Shown here: piece after piece, positions 1-8,809 of the stretch
Layout of the letters: every line of letters starts with the position of its first letter
Numbering within the stretch: the stretch's first letter is position 1
Origin: a virus
Taxonomy: Duplodnaviria; Caudoviricetes
Direction: 5' to 3' (one strand)
Length of the DNA: 64,000 bases
Virus record (IMG/VR): IMGVR_UViG_3300043414_001288
Span: 12,498 to 76,497 of that record
The notes under the pieces: model-generated
Database searches by the model: none
The model's input: only the letters and a program-made list of their open reading frames with translations
Told to the model about the DNA's origin: nothing
Program-made: the position numbers and the translations under genes

Positions 1-16
1 GTATATTGTCATGATT

Positions 17-757
17 TTATGAAGGGTAACGGATAATTATAACGCCATTGGTTCCGCCAAAATTACCTAAACCATTAGAAGAACCACCTAAACCAAAGTT
101 TGTTGGAGAAGAAGTGGGGTGTAGAGCACCGGCAGTGGCGCCACCACCACCACCATAAAATACTGGAGAACCAGTAAAACTATAAGATATTCCCGCACCA
201 GCGAAGTTGGGACCTGTACCACCACCAGCACCGCCACCGGCACCAGAACCAGGGGCACCCCCAGGAGCTCCTGGAAATCCAAGTCCAATAACACCAGCAC
301 CTGAACCACCACTGGCACCATATGCACCACCGCCTCCAGATGCAAGTGGCGAAGACGCTCCAGGATTGCCGGGAATTCTTCCGCCGCCACCACCACCAGT
401 AGCAGTAATTGTACCACCATTATAAGTACAAGTTGTTATTCCCCCCGGAGCACCAGTAGAAGACAAAGCACCAGGAGGACCTCCAGCACCTATAGACATT
501 GTATATGCAACGCCAGAAATAACTGGTACAAATTTTTGATAAATTGTAGCACCTCCTCCACCACCGCCAGCATCCTGTTGAGGCGCCGTCACCACTCCTC
601 CGCCACCTCCACCACCAACTAAAAGAACTTCTATAGGACCACTTCCGTTTGGAGTAAAAGTACCTGATGATGTAAAAGTATGAACAGTATAACCAGTGAT
701 ACTACTAATAGTACCACCAGTTGCCGAAGTTATTTTTGCTCCTAATAATAATGACAT
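17..757 (-). CDS. Glycine-rich virion/adhesin-like protein (paralog of 5806-6549)
   Basis: 246 aa. ATGGT...VHTFT...IEVLLVGGGGGGG N-terminal module, poly-Gly motifs and C-terminal GVIIIRYP, as in the neighbouring paralogs. CATAAATA late-type motif at 774-781. Confidence 0.7.
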   Translation of the reverse strand: MSLLLGAKITSATGGTISSITGYTVHTFTSSGTFTPNGSGPIEVLLVGGGGGGGVVTAPQQDAGGGGGGATIYQKFVPVISGVAYTMSIGAGGPPGALSSTGAPGGITTCTYNGGTITATGGGGGGRIPGNPGASSPLASGGGGAYGASGGSGAGVIGLGFPGAPGGAPGSGAGGGAGGGTGPNFAGAGISYSFTGSPVFYGGGGGATAGALHPTSSPTNFGLGGSSNGLGNFGGTNGVIIIRYPS

Positions 758-776
758 ATTTCTTTTTTTCTTTTAT

Positions 777-1139
777 TTATGCTGGATATCTAATAATAAC
801 AACACCAGGAGTTCCTGCACCACCTAAACCATGCCCACCTACGCCATAAGCACCACCACCAGGAGATGCAAATCCAGTACCAGTTGCGTTTGCTCCACCG
901 CCGCCACTACCATAAACGGTAGCAACTCCAGTGATCGAATAAACTAATCCTGCCCCACCGACACCACCCGAAGAAGTAATCGTTGATTGCCCAAATCCAC
1001 CAGCGCCGCCGCCGCCACCACACCCATTACCAACAGCACTGTTTCCACCAGAAAAACCTATTCCAAGTATATTGGAACCAGATCCTCCAGTATTTGCAAC
1101 TCTTGCGTTATTGTTTCCTCCACCACCAGAACCAGGCAT
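777..1139 (-). CDS. Short glycine-rich protein matching only the C-terminal half of the family (possibly N-truncated)
   Basis: 120 aa ending GVVIIRYPA like its paralogs but lacking the ATGGT..HTF N-terminal module. GATAAATA at 1164-1171 upstream. Confidence 0.6.
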   Translation of the reverse strand: MPGSGGGGNNNARVANTGGSGSNILGIGFSGGNSAVGNGCGGGGGAGGFGQSTITSSGGVGGAGLVYSITGVATVYGSGGGGANATGTGFASPGGGAYGVGGHGLGGAGTPGVVIIRYPA

Positions 1140-1177
1140 AATTTTTATCCTTTAATTTTTAATTATTTATCAAAGTA

Positions 1178-3466
1178 TTATAATTTTTCCACTAAAACAG
1201 ATCCCATCAGGTTAGAGAATATCGTATTAAGTGTTGCAGATCCATTAAATCCAATATTTGCAAATGAACCTGCACCATTATATGTACCATTAGAGGTTCC
1301 GATCAATGTGGCAAGTGACTGATTAACAAAGCTACCTCCTCCGCCTCCAACGCCATTAGAAGTGTTATTACCTGCACCACCAGAATATCCACCACCACCA
1401 CCAACAGATCCTTGATTACACCATTCTCCACCACCTCCTCCACCAAATCCACCTTGATCCTGACCAAGATTATTAAAGTTTCTACCACCAATTGTTTGTG
1501 TTTGTGATGTAGAACAAGATCCTCCTCTTCCTCCAGTACCAGTAGCATTGGTTATATCAACTCCACCACCAGCAGTATCTACACCAGAACCACCATACCC
1601 AGTTATTCCCGCACCACCACCACCACCGCTATAAGTAAGGCCACCACCGCCAGCAGATCCACCAACATTACCACTAGAATTAGTGCCGCCAGCATTTGTA
1701 GTTTCTCCAGATTTTCCATTTACTGGACTACTATTACCACCACCACCGGAGCCGCCGCCAGCAACTAAAATTGGTGTGGATAAATTATTTTTAAATACGA
1801 AAGTTCCGCCACCACCACCAGCAGATCCACTACCATTATTGTCAACATAACCACCTCTTTGTCCAATAACAAAGATCATGAACTCACCCTGTGCCAACGA
1901 AATAGTTGCTTGCATTTTTGCCCCAAATCCACCAAAGAAAGAATTCCATTTACCCGCACCCCCTTGGGCGCCGGATGCAGTTATTCTATAAGTTCCACTT
2001 TCAGGTACTGTCCATCTTTGATACCCTTGCGTAGAATTAAACAAATTCAAATATGAGGTATTACTTGCCCAACTTTGAGCAGCATATGCGGATTGTAAGT
2101 TTGCTAATGTTGGTCCAGTTGTTCCTTCTGCAGTTGCATTTGTGAAAGTAAAAGATGTAAAAGAATATAATGATTCGATAATAGTAATCACAGGACTATA
2201 AGTAAGAATAGATCCACCAGCACTTGTCTTAACACCTAACTGGAATGTTTCTCCTACATCAGGAATACCATCTGATGATGCAGTAATTGTTGTAGTAGCA
2301 GTACCAGAAGAAACAGTATATGTACCACTCAATGAATTACTGGTAAAGTCACCAGCACTAATTCCTGCTCCACCAACAATATCATAATAAAGTGTAGTAC
2401 CATTCGCAAATCCTTGTGCCTGAGTTGTAAAGGTAACTGAAGAACCTTCACCAATTGTAGTTGCAGAAGATGTAGTCGCAAGTGTCGTGTTATTAATTGT
2501 AACAGCAGAACTTGTGGATGCTATTTCACCAGTAGGACCATCAATTCTTATGCTTACAGTAAATGTCTCTGAACCATCAACTAATTGATCATTTGCTATA
2601 GGAACACTAAATGATCCAGTACTATTTGTAATATTGAATGATCCTGAAGTGGCACTGAAATCTGCATCAGTAGTGGTTATATGATTTATATTCCAATATA
2701 ATGTTATATTTGCTAAACCATTACTAGAAACATTGAATGTACCAGAGGAACCTTCAGCAATTGATGTTGGTATTGAACTAAAAGTATATGCTGGAACTAC
2801 AGTAACAGGAGTATTTAATGTACTCATAATTGGACCATTATTGCTATTTGCTCTTAAATTTAAAGTAAATGATTTATTTCCTATTCCCGTTATTGTTTTA
2901 CTGATTGGAACAATTGCACCATCAGATACTGTTGTTGTTCCGGTTAAATTATTATCAGTAAAAATTGATGAAGTTACACCAACAATATCATAATAAACTG
3001 TTGTTCCGTTAGTAAGTACTGTATTACTACTAAACGTAACAGTTTGTCCTACGGATCTTGTATATGAATTTGCTGCTAAAGTAAAGTTCCCATAACTACC
3101 AATACCTGATATAGGAGAACCATAGGCAGTAACAGTTCCAATAGGAAGATTTATAACAGTATCAGTTCCAGGATTACCATTAGTTCCACCAGCACCAATA
3201 TTCATTGTATAAGCAACACCAGCAAGTACTTTAACTACCTTTTGATATAAAACAGAACCACCTCCACCTCCACCACTACCACCAGTTTGAGCAGAACCAG
3301 CAGAACCACCACCAACCACAAGAACTTCTATAATTCCATTTGTAGTTGGCGTAAAAGTATTATTTCCTACAGTATCGAAAGTATGAACTTTATATCCACT
3401 AATAGTACTAATGGTTCCACCAGTTGCACTTTCCAATCTTCCGCCAGAAATAAATGCCATAATCAA
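1178..3466 (-). CDS. Putative receptor-binding/adhesin protein: Gly-rich N-module, Calx-beta/Ig-like domains, C-terminal ALK/LTK-type glycine-rich domain (copy A); probable start 3460
   Basis: 762 aa. Calx-beta-like segment SIAEGSSGTFNV...DFSATSGSF...IANDQLVDGSETFTVSI. C-terminal WTVPESGTYRITASGAQGG motif followed by poly-Gly. TATAAATA at 3483-3490. Confidence 0.7.
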   Translation of the reverse strand: MIMAFISGGRLESATGGTISTISGYKVHTFDTVGNNTFTPTTNGIIEVLVVGGGSAGSAQTGGSGGGGGGSVLYQKVVKVLAGVAYTMNIGAGGTNGNPGTDTVINLPIGTVTAYGSPISGIGSYGNFTLAANSYTRSVGQTVTFSSNTVLTNGTTVYYDIVGVTSSIFTDNNLTGTTTVSDGAIVPISKTITGIGNKSFTLNLRANSNNGPIMSTLNTPVTVVPAYTFSSIPTSIAEGSSGTFNVSSNGLANITLYWNINHITTTDADFSATSGSFNITNSTGSFSVPIANDQLVDGSETFTVSIRIDGPTGEIASTSSAVTINNTTLATTSSATTIGEGSSVTFTTQAQGFANGTTLYYDIVGGAGISAGDFTSNSLSGTYTVSSGTATTTITASSDGIPDVGETFQLGVKTSAGGSILTYSPVITIIESLYSFTSFTFTNATAEGTTGPTLANLQSAYAAQSWASNTSYLNLFNSTQGYQRWTVPESGTYRITASGAQGGAGKWNSFFGGFGAKMQATISLAQGEFMIFVIGQRGGYVDNNGSGSAGGGGGTFVFKNNLSTPILVAGGGSGGGGNSSPVNGKSGETTNAGGTNSSGNVGGSAGGGGLTYSGGGGGAGITGYGGSGVDTAGGGVDITNATGTGGRGGSCSTSQTQTIGGRNFNNLGQDQGGFGGGGGGEWCNQGSVGGGGGYSGGAGNNTSNGVGGGGGSFVNQSLATLIGTSNGTYNGAGSFANIGFNGSATLNTIFSNLMGSVLVEKL

Positions 3467-3496
3467 ATAATATCTTTTTTATTATTTATAATTTAA
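2137..3496. repeat. Direct repeat, copy 1 (~1.36 kb)
   Basis: Aligns to 4362-5721 at a constant 2225-bp offset (checked at both ends and internally). One substitution seen near 2173/4398. Includes the late promoter and start codon. Confidence 0.9.
3483..3490 (-). promoter_or_regulatory. T4-type late promoter TATAAATA
   Basis: Exact match upstream of 1178-3466. Confidence 0.8.
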
Positions 3497-5691
3497 AGTG
3501 TGGCAATAGTTATTGAACCATGAGACCATCCACTGGACTGGCCAATAGTTCCTGCAGTATTTACCTGATTATTTCCAGAATTATAAGAACCAGCACCTTG
3601 CCCAGCGCCCCAAGATGTTCCATTCCAACCAGCACCTCCACCACCACCACTATATCCACCACCACCGGCTCCTCCCTGACCACCCCCACCAGAACTTCCA
3701 CCACCACCAAATCCACCTACACCATTTGTCGTCCCCCCAACAAATCTAGTGCCACCTTGACCAGTTCCTGAATCGGAATTATTTCCATTGGACAACCATC
3801 CAGCACCTCCTCCACCACTACCATTAGCACTTCCAGAAGGTCCACCAAATCCACCTTGCCCTGTTCCTTTACTTCCAGCATCTGGAGGACTTGGATTTGC
3901 AAGACCAGAAACCGGTGTACTAGTTGCACTTCCACCTCCACCCAATGATCCAGTAGGGTATCCAGTATTTCCATGTCCCCATCCTCCTCCACCACCTGCT
4001 GCAATTAGTAATCCGCCGCCACCAATAGAACCAGTATATACAAAACTTCCACCACCTCCCCCAGATCCATTATCACCATAAACTCCCATTTGTCCAACAA
4101 CAAGATTTAATACAGTTCCTATAGTTAATACAAAATCTCCTCGTATTGTTGCACCCTGTCCAGGTCTTCCTGGAAAAAAAGTTCCTCCACTATTTTGACC
4201 ACCAGATGCACCCACAGTAGTTATTCTATAAGTTCCAGTTAAAGGTACTGTCCAAGATTGAATTCCAGAGGCAACTGAAAAATAACTAGCAAACCAAGAT
4301 TGTGAAGTATAACTAGAAACTGCTGCAAAAGATGTTGGACCAGAATATCCAGTAGCAGTTCCATTTGTGAAAGTAAAAGATGTAAAAGAATATAATGGTT
4401 CGATAATAGTAATCACAGGACTATAAGTAAGAATAGATCCACCAGCACTTGTCTTAACACCTAACTGGAATGTTTCTCCTACATCAGGAATACCATCTGA
4501 TGATGCAGTAATTGTTGTAGTAGCAGTACCAGAAGAAACAGTATATGTACCACTCAATGAATTACTGGTAAAGTCACCAGCACTAATTCCTGCTCCACCA
4601 ACAATATCATAATAAAGTGTAGTACCATTCGCAAATCCTTGTGCCTGAGTTGTAAAGGTAACTGAAGAACCTTCACCAATTGTAGTTGCAGAAGATGTAG
4701 TCGCAAGTGTCGTGTTATTAATTGTAACAGCAGAACTTGTGGATGCTATTTCACCAGTAGGACCATCAATTCTTATGCTTACAGTAAATGTCTCTGAACC
4801 ATCAACTAATTGATCATTTGCTATAGGAACACTAAATGATCCAGTACTATTTGTAATATTGAATGATCCTGAAGTGGCACTGAAATCTGCATCAGTAGTG
4901 GTTATATGATTTATATTCCAATATAATGTTATATTTGCTAAACCATTACTAGAAACATTGAATGTACCAGAGGAACCTTCAGCAATTGATGTTGGTATTG
5001 AACTAAAAGTATATGCTGGAACTACAGTAACAGGAGTATTTAATGTACTCATAATTGGACCATTATTGCTATTTGCTCTTAAATTTAAAGTAAATGATTT
5101 ATTTCCTATTCCCGTTATTGTTTTACTGATTGGAACAATTGCACCATCAGATACTGTTGTTGTTCCGGTTAAATTATTATCAGTAAAAATTGATGAAGTT
5201 ACACCAACAATATCATAATAAACTGTTGTTCCGTTAGTAAGTACTGTATTACTACTAAACGTAACAGTTTGTCCTACGGATCTTGTATATGAATTTGCTG
5301 CTAAAGTAAAGTTCCCATAACTACCAATACCTGATATAGGAGAACCATAGGCAGTAACAGTTCCAATAGGAAGATTTATAACAGTATCAGTTCCAGGATT
5401 ACCATTAGTTCCACCAGCACCAATATTCATTGTATAAGCAACACCAGCAAGTACTTTAACTACCTTTTGATATAAAACAGAACCACCTCCACCTCCACCA
5501 CTACCACCAGTTTGAGCAGAACCAGCAGAACCACCACCAACCACAAGAACTTCTATAATTCCATTTGTAGTTGGCGTAAAAGTATTATTTCCTACAGTAT
5601 CGAAAGTATGAACTTTATATCCACTAATAGTACTAATGGTTCCACCAGTTGCACTTTCCAATCTTCCGCCAGAAATAAATGCCATAATCAA
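3493..5691 (-). CDS. Putative receptor-binding/adhesin protein (copy B), same body as copy A with a different glycine-rich tip; probable start 5685
   Basis: 732 aa. The first ~440 aa match 1178-3466 apart from one S/P change, then diverge (WTVPLTGTYRITTVGASGG). TATAAATA at 5708-5715. Confidence 0.7.
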   Translation of the reverse strand: MIMAFISGGRLESATGGTISTISGYKVHTFDTVGNNTFTPTTNGIIEVLVVGGGSAGSAQTGGSGGGGGGSVLYQKVVKVLAGVAYTMNIGAGGTNGNPGTDTVINLPIGTVTAYGSPISGIGSYGNFTLAANSYTRSVGQTVTFSSNTVLTNGTTVYYDIVGVTSSIFTDNNLTGTTTVSDGAIVPISKTITGIGNKSFTLNLRANSNNGPIMSTLNTPVTVVPAYTFSSIPTSIAEGSSGTFNVSSNGLANITLYWNINHITTTDADFSATSGSFNITNSTGSFSVPIANDQLVDGSETFTVSIRIDGPTGEIASTSSAVTINNTTLATTSSATTIGEGSSVTFTTQAQGFANGTTLYYDIVGGAGISAGDFTSNSLSGTYTVSSGTATTTITASSDGIPDVGETFQLGVKTSAGGSILTYSPVITIIEPLYSFTSFTFTNGTATGYSGPTSFAAVSSYTSQSWFASYFSVASGIQSWTVPLTGTYRITTVGASGGQNSGGTFFPGRPGQGATIRGDFVLTIGTVLNLVVGQMGVYGDNGSGGGGGSFVYTGSIGGGGLLIAAGGGGGWGHGNTGYPTGSLGGGGSATSTPVSGLANPSPPDAGSKGTGQGGFGGPSGSANGSGGGGAGWLSNGNNSDSGTGQGGTRFVGGTTNGVGGFGGGGSSGGGGQGGAGGGGYSGGGGGAGWNGTSWGAGQGAGSYNSGNNQVNTAGTIGQSSGWSHGSITIATL

Positions 5692-5721
5692 ATAATATCT
5701 TTTTTATTATTTATAATTTAA
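4362..5721. repeat. Direct repeat, copy 2 (~1.36 kb)
   Basis: Counterpart of 2137-3496. Confidence 0.9.
5708..5715 (-). promoter_or_regulatory. T4-type late promoter TATAAATA
   Basis: Exact match upstream of 3493-5691 (part of the duplication). Confidence 0.8.
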
Positions 5722-5803
5722 TAAGTATGAAATTATAACCCCCAATGCTACTAATGACTCCACCAGTTGCTTTTTCTAATCTTCCGCCAGAAATAAATGC
5801 CAT
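5711..5803 (-). pseudogene. Truncated remnant of a third adhesin paralog (MAFISGGRLEKATGGVISSIGGYNFILIKL*)
   Basis: Not in the ORF track. ATG at 5803-5801. The first 23 codons parallel MAFISGGRLESATGGTISTISGY, then an apparent 1-nt deletion before CATACT (HT) and a stop at 5711-5713 inside the duplicated block. Confidence 0.7.
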
Positions 5804-5805
5804 AA

Positions 5806-6549
5806 TCAAGTTGGATATCTAATAATGACACATCCAGGATTTGATGGTTGTAGACCAACACCACCAGAACCACCTAGTCCAAAATTTGTAGGCAAAGATC
5901 CAGAACCTAATGATCCTACAGGCCAACCAGCTCCTCCACCACCATAAAACAAAGAAGTTCCATTGATAGTATAAGATACTCCTATACCACCAACATTTCC
6001 AGAAGCAGCACCACCAGCACCTCCACCACCACCAGTAAAACTATCACTGCCATTTCCACCAGGAAATCCATATCCACTATTTCCATTGCCTGTTCCTCCA
6101 ACACCGGCTCTATTTACAATTGCTCCAGAACCACCGCTACCAGAACCAAGAGGATTTGAATTTCCTGCTCTAATTTGATCACTCACAACACCACCAGCAC
6201 CACCACGAGCAGTAATACTTCCACCATTATAATTAAAAGTAGTAGCCGCACCAGCACTAATTGCTGCTCCACCGGCACCAACTGTTATGGAATAAGAAAC
6301 ACCAGAAAGAACTGGAACAAATCTTTGATAAAAAACAGAACCTCCTCCACCTCCACTAATTTCATTTGCGCCAAGAGATCCTGTTCCTCCTCCACCACCA
6401 GCAACTACAAGAACATCTACTGTTCCATTTCCTTTTGGTATAAATGTTTGCGAACCAGGAGTGCCAAAAGTATGAACAATCGCACCGGTAATAGAACTAA
6501 TCGTTCCACCAGTTGCTGAAGTTACTCTTGGTCCCGCAATAAATCCCAT
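5806..6549 (-). CDS. Glycine-rich virion/adhesin-like protein
   Basis: 247 aa with the ATGGT..VHTFG..VDVLVVAGGGGG module and C-terminal GCVIIRYPT. TATAAATA at 6574-6581. Confidence 0.7.
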   Translation of the reverse strand: MGFIAGPRVTSATGGTISSITGAIVHTFGTPGSQTFIPKGNGTVDVLVVAGGGGGTGSLGANEISGGGGGSVFYQRFVPVLSGVSYSITVGAGGAAISAGAATTFNYNGGSITARGGAGGVVSDQIRAGNSNPLGSGSGGSGAIVNRAGVGGTGNGNSGYGFPGGNGSDSFTGGGGGAGGAASGNVGGIGVSYTINGTSLFYGGGGAGWPVGSLGSGSLPTNFGLGGSGGVGLQPSNPGCVIIRYPT

Positions 6550-6573
6550 ATTACTTTATTATTCTCTTTTTTG

Positions 6574-6581
6574 TATTTATA
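6574..6581 (-). promoter_or_regulatory. T4-type late promoter TATAAATA
   Basis: Exact match overlapping the GT stop codon, upstream of 5806-6549. Confidence 0.8.
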
Positions 6582-7482
6582 TCGTTTTTATTGATTCAAA
6601 GATTTTATCAATATCAAACAATTCTTCTTGTTCATTAAATGGATATTCATGTTCCGCACCATTAAAATCAAAATCAAACAAATAACTTCCTGGCAATTTA
6701 AAATTATGTGGTTTAATTGTTTCAATATTTGTATGCATATCATATCCAAATACTTTTGGACTTGTACCATTCCATAATACAACAGAAGGAAGTTTAAGTG
6801 CTGCGGCAGCATGTTGTAATGAACTATCAATCAATATTCTTTTATCACTATGAATAATAATACTTAAAAATTCCATAGTTGATAATTGCGTTTCTTCATC
6901 AAATTGAATTGGAGTTGCATTCATTAATTTTGAAGAATTTATTTTTGTAACTTGATAAATTGTATATTCTTTATGATACTTATCTACAATCTGTTGTGCA
7001 ATATCAAAGGGCATATCTCGTGCCCACATATAAGGTTTTGCATCAGCACTAATCAATCCACCATTCGTATGAATTACCATTGTTGGTTTTTTATCCTTTA
7101 CCCAAATATCTTTTGATATTTTCTTCTGTAACGAATTAAAAATCAATTCTGGCATTTCACCATGATATTCTAAATCATACATCTTACACCAAGTTTGAAT
7201 CAGTGGAAGTTTCTTATGAATATGATCTGTAGTAAAATAAGGTTCATTATGAAAAATCAATGAGTCCTTATTTTCAATATAATTTTGATAAAAATAACTG
7301 GTATTTCCTAACTGATATACTCTATCTACAAATGGTAAATTCATAAAAATATCAGTATAAACAGAAACAACAATTAATTTTCTGCTTGGATGATTATTTT
7401 TAATACACTTTGCTACTGCAATTGCTGCTATATGTTTTCCTAATCCACCTTGAACGTGAAAAATACTATAAGTTTCTTTCAT
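6577..7482 (-). CDS. Glycosyltransferase, GT9 / ADP-heptose:LPS heptosyltransferase-like (GT-B fold)
   Basis: N-terminal FHVQGGLGKHIAAIAVAK (GGLGD-like) and C-terminal LIDSSLQHAAAALKLPSVVLWNGTSPKVFGY (DSG-x-H-A-A-x-P-x-V-L-W/F-G). Confidence 0.7.
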   Translation of the reverse strand: MKETYSIFHVQGGLGKHIAAIAVAKCIKNNHPSRKLIVVSVYTDIFMNLPFVDRVYQLGNTSYFYQNYIENKDSLIFHNEPYFTTDHIHKKLPLIQTWCKMYDLEYHGEMPELIFNSLQKKISKDIWVKDKKPTMVIHTNGGLISADAKPYMWARDMPFDIAQQIVDKYHKEYTIYQVTKINSSKLMNATPIQFDEETQLSTMEFLSIIIHSDKRILIDSSLQHAAAALKLPSVVLWNGTSPKVFGYDMHTNIETIKPHNFKLPGSYLFDFDFNGAEHEYPFNEQEELFDIDKIFESIKTI

Positions 7483-7492
7483 TATAAAATCT

Positions 7493-7816
7493 CTATTGCC
7501 AAGGAAGATCTAAAGAAATAGTTTTTGGTTCTGGTGGGTTTAAAACAGAATTAATCCAAACAGCATTATTGATTTCATGATTGCCAAGATTTTCATCAAG
7601 ATTTTCTTTTACCCAACCAAGAACAATTTCTTCACTTAAATCTTCATAAGAAATGAAGTTTTCAATATTTGCTGTTTGTAATTCCATACTTCCACCAGAA
7701 CTACAAGATATATCCCCATCATTTGAATTTACTACATACTCAACACGTACAACTGTTCCACTATCATCATTTAACTGTACTAATTCACGAATATTCCAAA
7801 CATGAGTAATTGACAT
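7493..7816 (-). CDS. Conserved-type phage hypothetical protein
   Basis: 107 aa, tightly packed between the sulfotransferase and GT genes. WNI..L / FISYEDLSEEIVLGWVKE pattern recalls small phage fibre-associated proteins. Confidence 0.6.
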   Translation of the reverse strand: MSITHVWNIRELVQLNDDSGTVVRVEYVVNSNDGDISCSSGGSMELQTANIENFISYEDLSEEIVLGWVKENLDENLGNHEINNAVWINSVLNPPEPKTISLDLPWQ

Positions 7817-7817
7817 T

Positions 7818-8759
7818 TTATTCTCCCTTTGGGTTTACAATTTTAAATTGTTTTGAGCTTAATTTACTATATTTAGAAACAGAAAATTCAGATGCTTTTT
7901 GTCTCCAAATATCCATTCCTTGACATTTACTTAAAATATAAGAAGAAAGAACTTCTGATGGATTGGGAGCAGTTGATTTGAGTTGTGGGCGAACTTCGTG
8001 CATATCTGCAAGTCCATAAGTATTAATATCTTGCTCACGATTTTGATTTTCTAAGTTATTAAAGTCGTGTTCATAATACTCTTCGCCAAGAAACTCATAC
8101 AATTTCTTGAGAGTTTCCTCTGGTGTTTTAACAATGTCTTGATATTCCACAAAGTGCATTCTATCACCAAATTCTTGATTAAATCCTTCTACAATAGCAT
8201 TTAATGATTGACCCAAAATTCCCTCTGGCCCTGCAATATATTCACAACGATTATCATCATTCAAAGGAATATTCAATTTAACTAACTGCTCATCAATGAA
8301 ATTGATTCTGGGATTACCTTCTTTATAAGGATTTCTACGAATCATTGTAATCATTGATGTTAAAATCTCATCAATATCACGAACAGGAACAATAATCTTT
8401 GCCTGCTGTCCAATGTACCCTTCAATATAAGGTACTCGTGCAGTCCAAGCACGATTTTTATCAATAATTACTTCATTATCAACATCAGCATAAAACTGAC
8501 GAATGATATTAGAAATAATCAAAGATGCTTGTTCTGGTTTTGGATATCCGTGATAGAGTTCATCATTTGCCAGATGATTTTCTACGGCATACATTGTAGA
8601 AAGAACTGGACTTGATGGACCAGAATAAAATTTTGGATTTTGATTTAGAATTGAAGAAAGCAAAGTACTTCCGGATCTTGGAAGTCCTGCCATAAAATAA
8701 AACTTTTTACTTCTTAAATGATTTGGATTTGTAGAAGTAAAGAAACCACTTTTTACCAT
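7818..8759 (-). CDS. Sulfotransferase family protein (PAPS-dependent)
   Basis: 5'-PSB motif FMAGLPRSGSTLLSSILNQNP, IIDKNRAW, IIVPVRDIDEILTS (3'-PB) and MHFVEYQDIVKTPEETLKKLYEFLG. Confidence 0.85.
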   Translation of the reverse strand: MVKSGFFTSTNPNHLRSKKFYFMAGLPRSGSTLLSSILNQNPKFYSGPSSPVLSTMYAVENHLANDELYHGYPKPEQASLIISNIIRQFYADVDNEVIIDKNRAWTARVPYIEGYIGQQAKIIVPVRDIDEILTSMITMIRRNPYKEGNPRINFIDEQLVKLNIPLNDDNRCEYIAGPEGILGQSLNAIVEGFNQEFGDRMHFVEYQDIVKTPEETLKKLYEFLGEEYYEHDFNNLENQNREQDINTYGLADMHEVRPQLKSTAPNPSEVLSSYILSKCQGMDIWRQKASEFSVSKYSKLSSKQFKIVNPKGE

Positions 8760-8780
8760 ATCTTATTGACTAATAATCAA

Positions 8781-8809
8781 ATTATATATTCAAACTATGT
8801 ATATGTCAA
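8781..8809 (-). promoter_or_regulatory. Perfect sigma70-type promoter TTGACA-N17-TATAAT
   Basis: Minus strand TTGACA 8809-8804, 17-bp spacer, TATAAT 8786-8781, directly after the TGA of the 2711-aa gene and 22 nt before the sulfotransferase ATG. Confidence 0.85.

Noticed and set aside
1-12. Start of another minus-strand gene (ATG at 12-10, MTIY...)
   Set aside because: Only four codons lie in the window, which is not enough to annotate.
88-4081. Pro-rich plus-strand ORFs (207-425, 3788-4081) and overlapping minus-strand ORFs (88-420, 1303-1548, 3717-4004)
   Set aside because: By-products of GGT/GGA glycine runs in the true genes (CCA/CCT on the opposite strand).
1178-5721. Diversity-generating retroelement (TR/VR pair)
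   Set aside because: No reverse transcriptase in the window. The repeat covers the invariant N-terminal stalk, not the variable tip, and shows no adenine-biased mismatch pattern.
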